Of a stretch of DNA of 64,000 nucleotides, positions 57,155 through 64,000 are shown piece by piece. The stretch lies in the NCBI GenBank assembly GCA_963662585.1, contig OY759729.1:1784234-1848233 (forward strand), read 5' to 3'. This DNA is from Candidatus Cloacimonadales bacterium (GTDB taxonomy: Bacteria; Cloacimonadota; Cloacimonadia; Cloacimonadales; JAFGVF01). The notes beneath the pieces were generated by a model, which saw only the letters and a program-made list of their open reading frames with translations, ran no database searches and was not told where the DNA came from. How positions within the stretch are numbered: position 1 is the stretch's first letter; every line of letters starts with the position of its first letter. A program made the position numbers and the translations under genes.

Positions 57155-57478
57155 ATGGAATATTCAAAAGAAAAATATGAAATGCTAGCAGATATATTAA
57201 AAGCTACAGCACACCCTGTCAGACTTTATATATTAGAGACTTTGTTAGATCGTAAGCTCTGCGTAAAGGAATTTGCCGATGAATTAGGTTTTGATATTTC
57301 AACCATATCAAAACATTTAACTATGATGAAGAAGAGTGGTTTAATTTATGATTATCGAGAAGGTAATTGTGTTTATTACATGATTAGATGTGATTGTGTT
57401 AGCAGATTTTTAAAGGCTTCTAAGGATATTTTATATTCAAATATGGAGCGAGAAAAACAGCTTTTTAAAGGAAATTAG
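57155..57478 (+). CDS. arsR: ArsR/SmtB-family transcriptional repressor
   Basis: RBS AGGAG lies 8 nt before ATG 57155. Winged HTH: HPVRLYILETL…CVKEFADELGFDISTISKHL. Confidence 0.75.
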   Translation: MEYSKEKYEMLADILKATAHPVRLYILETLLDRKLCVKEFADELGFDISTISKHLTMMKKSGLIYDYREGNCVYYMIRCDCVSRFLKASKDILYSNMEREKQLFKGN

Positions 57479-57481
57479 ATT

Positions 57482-58438
57482 ATGTTTCATTTTTTAGAAG
57501 TTTTTGGAGAATTCATAACGAGATCAGTTGGCTTGGATTTAGATTCACATTGGGGTGAAGCTTTAACTTTCTTTATCTATGATACTTTAAAGATTATTAT
57601 TATGCTAAGTATAATGATTTTCTTAATATCATATTTAAGATCTTACATTAATCCGACTAAATTAAAGAAGGTAATATCTAAGGTTAGTGGGCTTGGTGGT
57701 CATATTTTAGCATCAATATTTGGTATAGTGACTCCATTCTGTTCTTGTTCATCAGTGCCAATGTTCATAGCTTTTGTCGAGGCTGGTATTCCTGTAGGAG
57801 TAACACTCTCATTTTTGATAACTTCACCAATAGTTAATGAAGCAGCATTTGCTATTTTATTAGCATCCTTTGGCTGGAAAATTGCTGTTATATATGTTAT
57901 CTGTGGTCTTGTAGTGGGAATTGTTGGTGGAATAGTAATTGGATTATTTAAACCAAGAAAATGGGTTGAACCCTATGTTTTTGAAATGAAGTTTGGTAAC
58001 TCAGCAGAAGAGCAATTCTCAAGTCAAAATGATAGATTGAAGTGGTCAATTGATCAGGTGAAAGATATTGTCGGAAGAGTTTGGTACTTCGTTTTAATAG
58101 GAATAGGAATTGGAGCCGTTATTCATGGTTGGGTGCCTGACGGAGCTTTAGCAAATATTGCTGGTTCAGATAATCCTTTTAGCGTAATAGTAGCTGTAAT
58201 TGTAGGTATTCCTTTGTATTCTAATGCTTTAGGGACAATACCAATTGCTGAAGCATTAATTAATAAAGGTGTGGGAATCGGTACTGCCTTAGCATTCATG
58301 ATGTCTGTTACTGCCTTATCTCTTCCTGAGTGTATAATCCTTAAGAAGGTAATAAAACCGAAATTAATAGCTATATTTATAGCAACTACAGGGATTGGAA
58401 TTATCCTGGTGGGATATGTTTTTAATCTGTTATTTTAA
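57482..58438 (+). CDS. ArsP-type (DUF318/PF03773) permease
   Basis: 318 aa, multi-TM, with a conserved TPFCSCSSVP cysteine motif. ars operon context. Confidence 0.65.
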   Translation: MFHFLEVFGEFITRSVGLDLDSHWGEALTFFIYDTLKIIIMLSIMIFLISYLRSYINPTKLKKVISKVSGLGGHILASIFGIVTPFCSCSSVPMFIAFVEAGIPVGVTLSFLITSPIVNEAAFAILLASFGWKIAVIYVICGLVVGIVGGIVIGLFKPRKWVEPYVFEMKFGNSAEEQFSSQNDRLKWSIDQVKDIVGRVWYFVLIGIGIGAVIHGWVPDGALANIAGSDNPFSVIVAVIVGIPLYSNALGTIPIAEALINKGVGIGTALAFMMSVTALSLPECIILKKVIKPKLIAIFIATTGIGIILVGYVFNLLF

Positions 58439-58465
58439 ACAAAATCAATAAAAAGGAGAAGAGAG

Positions 58466-58699
58466 ATGATTATTAAAGTATTAGGTACAGGTTGTAGCAA
58501 GTGTAAAAAACTCGAGCAAGAAACTATTAAAGCTGTGAAAGAAACAGGAATCGAAGCAACTATTGAAAAAGTAACAGAACTAAAAGATATTATGGAATAT
58601 GGGGTAATGATGACACCTGCCTTAGTAATTGATGAAAAAGTAGTCTCTTCGGGTAGGCTAATATATTCCAAAGAAATCATAAAATTAATAAAAGGTTAA
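58466..58699 (+). CDS. Thioredoxin-fold redox-active disulfide protein (77 aa)
   Basis: CxxC motif GTGCSKCKK. Size and context match small thioredoxin-like proteins that accompany ArsP-type permeases. Confidence 0.65.
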   Translation: MIIKVLGTGCSKCKKLEQETIKAVKETGIEATIEKVTELKDIMEYGVMMTPALVIDEKVVSSGRLIYSKEIIKLIKG

Positions 58700-58701
58700 T
58701 T

Positions 58702-59097
58702 ATGAAAAGAGTCTTATTTCTTTGTACAGGTAATTCCTGCCGTAGTCAAATCGCAGAGGGATTAATGAATCAGTATGAAGGATATGAAGCTTTTTCAGCT
58801 GGGACAAAACCGACAGAAAGAGTGAATCCTAATGCTATAGAAGTTATGAAAGAGTTAGGTATAGATATTTCAAAACATAGACCAAAATTAGTAGATGAAT
58901 TTTTGCAAGCTGAATTTGATTTTGTAATTACTGTTTGTGATTCAGCCAAAGAGACTTGTCCTATTTTTACAGGAAAAGTAAAGAATCATCTTCATATTGG
59001 CTTTGAAGATCCTGATGGCCACTCTTTAGAAAAGTTTAGAGAAGTTAGGGATTTGATTTCTGATGCAGTAAGAGAGTTAATTAAATTGACTAAATAA
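58702..59097 (+). CDS. arsC: Arsenate reductase, LMW-PTPase family (thioredoxin-coupled)
   Basis: 131 aa. P-loop LCTGNSCRSQ and downstream cysteines (VCDSAKETCP). Confidence 0.8.
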   Translation: MKRVLFLCTGNSCRSQIAEGLMNQYEGYEAFSAGTKPTERVNPNAIEVMKELGIDISKHRPKLVDEFLQAEFDFVITVCDSAKETCPIFTGKVKNHLHIGFEDPDGHSLEKFREVRDLISDAVRELIKLTK

Positions 59098-59120
59098 TCC
59101 CTATAAATATTCTAACTTCT

Positions 59121-59696
59121 ATGAGAAAAATACTGCTTATAGATAATTATGATTCATTCACTTATAATCTTTATTACTTAATTCAAGAGAACTATTCTGG
59201 AGAAGTTGAGGTAATAAGGAATAATCTTGTTCGCTTAGAAGAAATAGGAAATTATGAAGCGATAGTGATTTCACCAGGACCTGGTAGGCCTGAGAACTCT
59301 GGACTTACCATGAGAGTTCTTGCCGAATATTATGATAAGAAAGCTATTCTAGGAATATGCTTAGGAATGCAGTGTATCAATGAGTATTTTGGAGGGAAAA
59401 CTATTAAAGCTCCTTTTCCAGTACATGGCAAGCAATGTGAAGTTTTTACTACTTGTCAAAGTTTAATTATGAATAATTTGACTAATCCAAGCAAAGTAGC
59501 CCGTTATCACTCTTTAGTTATTAGTGATATTAGTGATATTCTGAGAGTTACGGCTAAAACTTCTGATAATTTGCCTATGGTTATTGAACATAAATTTCTC
59601 CCCATTTACGGAATCCAATTTCATCCTGAATCATTCATGACAGAAGAAGGCAAGGCTATGATTAAGAACTTTTTAGAAATATTGGAGAAGAGATGA
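59121..59696 (+). CDS. pabA: Aminodeoxychorismate/anthranilate synthase glutamine amidotransferase component
   Basis: 191 aa. Triad contexts ILGICLGMQ and FHPES. Followed by pabB and pabC. Confidence 0.7.
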   Translation: MRKILLIDNYDSFTYNLYYLIQENYSGEVEVIRNNLVRLEEIGNYEAIVISPGPGRPENSGLTMRVLAEYYDKKAILGICLGMQCINEYFGGKTIKAPFPVHGKQCEVFTTCQSLIMNNLTNPSKVARYHSLVISDISDILRVTAKTSDNLPMVIEHKFLPIYGIQFHPESFMTEEGKAMIKNFLEILEKR

Positions 59697-60979
59697 AGAT
59701 TCAAGTGAAAGCTTTAAAAAAAGTTCCCTTTATTGAACCTCTTGAATGGGTTAATAATCACAATTATCATAACTCTTCTCTTTTAACTGGTCATGAATCA
59801 CAATCTGAATTCTCTCTTTATGGCTGGAATCCTCTTCATCAATATCAATATTCTCAAGATAGAGAAGTCTGGACAAAAATAGCTGATTTGATTGAAAAAT
59901 ATGACTTTAATCACTTAGATTTTCCTGCTAATAGATGTGGGTGGATTGGTTATTTAGACTACGATTTAGGGAGATATTTAGAGACATTGCCTGATATAAA
60001 TAAATACTCTTATAAACTACCCCAAGCAATCATAACTCTCTATAGGAATTACAGATATTGGGATAATAAGACTCAGCAATGCTGGGATGTTATCTTCGAT
60101 TATAGTGAGTTTATGCCATCACAAGCTAATGAGAATCAAGCTCCTTATCAGCTTACAAATTTCTCTCAAGAGTGTAATGAAGAAGAGTATTGCTCTAAAG
60201 TTAAGAGAATTCAAGACTATATTCTTAGTGGCGATGTTTATGAAGTAAATCTTACTCAGCAATTCACTGCAGACTTCTCTGGTTCAACTTGGAATTTCTT
60301 CAAAAAGCTCTACCAGAAAAACAGTGCTCCCTTCTCTGCTTATTTAACTTATGATGACTTTACAGTATGTAGTATTTCTCCTGAGCAGTTCCTCAAGTGT
60401 GAAAATAAAAAGGTGCTAACCAAGCCTATCAAAGGTACAGCTCCTCGAGGAAAAGACAAGACGGAAGATAGAATTAATCAAGAGATGCTTTTAAGCTCAG
60501 AGAAAGATTTAGCAGAACTGCACATGATTGTTGACTTACTCAGAAATGATCTGTCAAAAGTTTGCGAGATTGGCACGGTAAATGTCTTACAAGCTAATAA
60601 ATTAGAGACTTTTGCCAATGTCTTTCACTTAGTTGGAGTTGTTGAAGGTCTTTTAAAAGAAGGATTCTCTAATATTGATTTACTTAAAGCTTGTTTCCCT
60701 GGAGGTTCTATTACAGGTTGTCCTAAAATAGCTTCTATGAAGGTTATTGAAGAGTTAGAAACCTATAAAAGAAAGCTCTACACTGGAAGCATCTTTATTA
60801 TGAATAATGTTTTTCTCCAAAGTAGTATTGTGATCAGAACTGGCATAGTTGTTCAAGATAAGTTGTTTGTTAACAGCGGAGGAGCAATCACAATAGAATC
60901 AGACCCTAAAAGTGAATATCAAGAGATTCTTCATAAAATTAGAACTTTCTTAAATATAAGTGAGCTTAACAATGATTAG
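59693..60979 (+). CDS. pabB: Aminodeoxychorismate synthase component I
   Basis: 428 aa. Chorismate-binding motifs GDVYEVNL, PGGSITGCPK. ATGA overlap with pabA. Confidence 0.7.
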   Translation: MKIQVKALKKVPFIEPLEWVNNHNYHNSSLLTGHESQSEFSLYGWNPLHQYQYSQDREVWTKIADLIEKYDFNHLDFPANRCGWIGYLDYDLGRYLETLPDINKYSYKLPQAIITLYRNYRYWDNKTQQCWDVIFDYSEFMPSQANENQAPYQLTNFSQECNEEEYCSKVKRIQDYILSGDVYEVNLTQQFTADFSGSTWNFFKKLYQKNSAPFSAYLTYDDFTVCSISPEQFLKCENKKVLTKPIKGTAPRGKDKTEDRINQEMLLSSEKDLAELHMIVDLLRNDLSKVCEIGTVNVLQANKLETFANVFHLVGVVEGLLKEGFSNIDLLKACFPGGSITGCPKIASMKVIEELETYKRKLYTGSIFIMNNVFLQSSIVIRTGIVVQDKLFVNSGGAITIESDPKSEYQEILHKIRTFLNISELNND

Positions 60980-61742
60980 TTATTATAATGGTAGATATCT
61001 GCCTCAAGAATCTATTCTAATCTCTGGAGAAAGTCCTGCTTTTCAATATGGCTTGGGAGTTTTTACTTCTCTAAGAACAAAGCAAGGTAAAGCTATTCTT
61101 CTAACTCAGCATCTTAACAGATTAAATGAAAATGGCAAGAAGCTTGGATTAACTTTGCCTAGGGTTGATTATGAAGAGATTATTCAGGAACTAGTAAGGC
61201 TAAATAAAAGCGAAAAGCTTCGCCTAAAGATTATTCTTTTTGAAGATACTAATAAAAAGACAGGATTGTTAATAATGACTTCTCAATTTCAAGCAAATAA
61301 TACACCTAGAAAGCTAACTGTAATATCTGATAATTACCAGCCTAGTATGTTCAGGAATATTAAATCTTTGAATTATATGGAAAATGTTATCTTACATCGA
61401 GAGGCTATTAGAAAAGGCTTTGATGATGGGCTTTTGGTTAATTCGCAAGAGCTTATCTGTGAATGTTGCTATGCTAATATCTTCTTTGTAAGGCAGGGTA
61501 TTATTTATACACCAAAAGCTAATGGAAATATTCTTAATGGTATTATAAGGCAAGAACTTATGAAAGAATTTCCTATAATAGAGAAAGATATTCTTCTCTC
61601 AGAACTTGCCAGCTTTGAACAAGTATTTACTAGCAATTCAGTTCAAGGTATTAGCTTTGTCAAAGAAATAGCTGGATATTGCTATAATAGCCAGGCTATT
61701 CCTGAACTTGAAAAGTGGGCTACTAAGCTAGGATTTCTTTAG
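60972..61742 (+). CDS. pabC: Aminodeoxychorismate lyase (class IV aminotransferase fold)
   Basis: ATG 60972 (MISYYNGRYL…) overlaps the pabB stop by 8 nt. Fold-type IV layout. Confidence 0.6.
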   Translation: MISYYNGRYLPQESILISGESPAFQYGLGVFTSLRTKQGKAILLTQHLNRLNENGKKLGLTLPRVDYEEIIQELVRLNKSEKLRLKIILFEDTNKKTGLLIMTSQFQANNTPRKLTVISDNYQPSMFRNIKSLNYMENVILHREAIRKGFDDGLLVNSQELICECCYANIFFVRQGIIYTPKANGNILNGIIRQELMKEFPIIEKDILLSELASFEQVFTSNSVQGISFVKEIAGYCYNSQAIPELEKWATKLGFL

Positions 61743-61886
61743 TAGATAAAGCAATACTACATTGTTAGGGAGATGCTAATTCCTGCAATTACTCCGACAG
61801 TAGATAGTATGATTAATCTTGTATAACTATTTTTGTATTGACACAAAATCGATATAAAAAATAGGGTACGCTTGAGGTATAAATAT

Positions 61887-63686
61887 ATGAAACAAACTAA
61901 TATTAGAAATTTCTGTATAATTGCTCACATCGACCATGGTAAATCAACTTTGGCTGATCGATTATTAGAAGAAACAAATACAATAGATAGAAATAAAATC
62001 GTAGATCAGGTTTTAGATAACATGGATCTTGAGCGAGAAAAAGGGATAACTATTAAATCCCATGCAATTAGAATGAAGCACACTAAAGATAAAGAAGAGT
62101 ATGTTTTTAATCTGATTGATACTCCAGGTCATGTTGACTTCACTTATGAAGTATCAAGATCTTTAGCTTCTTGTGAAGCTGCTCTGCTTCTAGTAGATGC
62201 TGCTCAAGGAATTGAAGCACAAACAATGAGTAATCTTTATCTAGCAATGGATAATAATTTAGAGGTTATTCCTGTAATAAATAAGATTGATTTACCTAAA
62301 GCTGATGTGGAAGGTACTGAACATGATTTAATGGATTTATTAGGTTGTGACCCTGATCATATTTTCAAGGTTAGTGCTAAAACAGGTTTAGGAGTTCAAG
62401 AATTATTAGATGGAATCGTAGATGCTATTTCTGCACCTAAAGGTCTTATTGATGCCCCACCGAAAGCTGTTATATTTGATTCCTATTTTGACACTTACCG
62501 TGGTGTAGTAGTCTTGGTAAGAGTTTTCAACGGAAAGCTGACTAAGGGTGATACAATAAGATTAATGCAAACTGATAAAGTTTATGATATAGAAGAGATT
62601 GGCTATCTAGGAATGAAATTAGAACCTCAAAAAGAACTCACAACTGGAGAAGTAGGTTATCTGATTTGTAATATTAAAGAGATAGCTGATGCTCGGGTAG
62701 GCGATACAGTTACTTCTGTAAAAAACGGTTGTAAAGAAGCAATAACAGGTTATGAAGAACCAAAGCCTATGGTTTATAGTGGAATATTCCCTATTGATGG
62801 AGATGATTATGCAGGTTTAGTTGAGGCCATGGGCAAACTAAAATTAAATGACTCTTCTCTAATCTATGAGAAAGAAAGCTCTCTTGCTTTGGGTTATGGG
62901 TTCCGTTGTGGTTTCCTAGGAATGCTTCATCTTGAAATCGTTAAAGAGAGACTTTATCGTGAGTATAATGTCCCAATTATTGCTACAACTCCAAGTGTTA
63001 AATTTATTATTCATTTAAAAGATGGAACAGAAAAAATCGTCTATAATCCTATTGATTTCCCAGATCCTACCTTAATTGATTTTATTGAAGAACCAGTAAT
63101 GAATGTGGAAATCATTCTTCCTTCTGAATATATAGGGAATATTATGCAATTAGCTCAAGATAGAAGAGGCGTGCAAAAAGATATTCAATATATTGATGAT
63201 AAAAGAGTTGCACTTCACTATGATCTACCTCTAATTGAAATTATTTTTGACTTCTATGATAAGTTGAAGACCTTGTCTCGTGGCTATGCCTCATTTGATT
63301 ATAGCTTTAAAAACTATCAAACTTCTGATGTTTCAAAAGTTGATATAATGATTAATGGAGAAAAAGTTGATGCTATGTCCTTTATCTGCCATGTCGATAA
63401 AGCCTATAGTTGGGGTAAAAGTGTTACTGAAAAACTTTCTGAAGTGATACCTAGACATCTCTTCAAAATCGCTCTTCAAGCTTGTATCGGTGGTAAAATC
63501 ATCGCCCGTTCTACTATCAACGCTATGAGAAAAGATGTTTTAGCTAAATGTTATGGTGGCGATATCTCTCGTAAAAGAAAACTTCTTGATAAACAAAAGA
63601 AGGGTAAGAAGAGAATGAAAGAAATCGGTTCAGTTACTGTACCTCAAGAAGCCTTCTTAGAAGTATTAAAAGCAGATAGAGAGTAG
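61887..63686 (+). CDS. lepA: Translation elongation factor 4 (LepA)
   Basis: ATG 61887. IRNFCIIAHIDHGKSTLADRLL, DTPGHVDF, NKIDL and a LepA-type C-terminus. Confidence 0.9.
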   Translation: MKQTNIRNFCIIAHIDHGKSTLADRLLEETNTIDRNKIVDQVLDNMDLEREKGITIKSHAIRMKHTKDKEEYVFNLIDTPGHVDFTYEVSRSLASCEAALLLVDAAQGIEAQTMSNLYLAMDNNLEVIPVINKIDLPKADVEGTEHDLMDLLGCDPDHIFKVSAKTGLGVQELLDGIVDAISAPKGLIDAPPKAVIFDSYFDTYRGVVVLVRVFNGKLTKGDTIRLMQTDKVYDIEEIGYLGMKLEPQKELTTGEVGYLICNIKEIADARVGDTVTSVKNGCKEAITGYEEPKPMVYSGIFPIDGDDYAGLVEAMGKLKLNDSSLIYEKESSLALGYGFRCGFLGMLHLEIVKERLYREYNVPIIATTPSVKFIIHLKDGTEKIVYNPIDFPDPTLIDFIEEPVMNVEIILPSEYIGNIMQLAQDRRGVQKDIQYIDDKRVALHYDLPLIEIIFDFYDKLKTLSRGYASFDYSFKNYQTSDVSKVDIMINGEKVDAMSFICHVDKAYSWGKSVTEKLSEVIPRHLFKIALQACIGGKIIARSTINAMRKDVLAKCYGGDISRKRKLLDKQKKGKKRMKEIGSVTVPQEAFLEVLKADRE

Positions 63687-63690
63687 TTTA

Positions 63691-63725
63691 GAATTGAGAA
63701 TTGAGAATTGAGAATTGAGAATTGA
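63691..63725. repeat. Perfect heptamer microsatellite (GAATTGA)x5
   Basis: Read directly from the sequence. Begins 5 nt after the lepA stop. Confidence 0.9.
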
Positions 63726-63784
63726 AGAAAGATGAATCTATCCACTAATTTCACGAAATTTTAAAAATATCACCAAGGGATTAA

Positions 63785-64000
63785 ATGGATTCGCCCGAAT
63801 GTAGGGGCGTATTGCCATACGCCCTTTTAATCAAAAAAGAGGTAATTATCACTAAAAACTGGAAATTATTTAAGATATTCTTTAAGATTGGAGCCTTCAC
63901 TATTGGAGGTGGCTATGCAATGCTACATTTAATTGAGTATGAATTGGTGGAAAAAGAGAAATTATTAGATTATGATACTTTTCATGATGGTCTTGCTCTT
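63785..64000 (+). CDS. 5' part of a chromate-transporter (CHR) family protein, runs off the right edge
   Basis: Open frame to the window end encoding …FFKIGAFTIGGGYAMLHLIEYELVEKEKLL, the CHR-family FGGGxAM motif. The start is uncertain (ATG 63785 inside a repeat module, or TTG 63812). Confidence 0.45.
   Translation, partial: MDSPECRGVLPYALLIKKEVIITKNWKLFKIFFKIGAFTIGGGYAMLHLIEYELVEKEKLLDYDTFHDGLAL

Noticed and set aside
2323-58680. Antisense or overlapping ORFs within well-supported genes (2323-2529, 3362-3565, 6366-6671, 10431-10616, 15228-15560, 18242-18436, 25453-25662, 32485-32682, 32974-33168, 34537-34734, 35705-35914, 40766-40966, 41200-41388, 41295-41636, 42657-42890, 47602-47844, 48099-48341, 50092-50316, 58435-58680)
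   Set aside because: Each is fully or largely embedded in a longer ORF with strong family motifs on the other strand or frame. None has a recognisable motif or RBS.

Overview
AT-rich (roughly one-third G+C by eye) bacterial chromosomal window. Gene content suggests an anaerobe: Sec-containing SelD, arginine deiminase, phosphate butyryltransferase. Positions 1-28.2 kb hold one co-directional (+) surface-polysaccharide (O-antigen/capsule-type) locus. It contains a DegT-type sugar aminotransferase, GNAT/FemAB-like acyltransferases, GT4 glycosyltransferases, a Wzy-like polymerase and fnlA-fnlB-fnlC (UDP-L-FucNAc pathway). It also has two CapK/PaaK-like adenylating ligases, a methyltransferase, a 2-epimerase/PIG-L deacetylase/LbH acyltransferase/KAS III/SDR block, an initiating sugar-phosphate transferase and a UDP-glucuronate 4-epimerase. 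Nearly every long intergenic gap in this locus is filled by an inverted-repeat-bounded cassette. The cassettes start just after a stop codon and end just before the next RBS. Some carry a four-helix-bundle (23S IVS/Avd-like) or GxxExxY gene, and others are empty. The most unusual object is at 29.46-32.46 kb: a 3-kb array of twelve 58-bp hairpin repeats alternating with only two kinds of hairpin-dense bodies. It is not CRISPR, not attC and probably not coding. A second, inverted and module-shuffled copy lies at 53.9-56.9 kb and is split by an IS4-family element with a 6-bp target duplication. Between the arrays are RNase II/R, arcA, efp, two PAS histidine kinases, a selenium cluster whose selD needs an in-frame UGA (Sec), znuABC-like genes, ptb, an NlpD-like/sigma pair and a LytS/LytTR pair. 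The right end carries an ars operon, pabABC, lepA and the start of a chromate transporter. I found no rRNA, tRNA or cas genes by eye.
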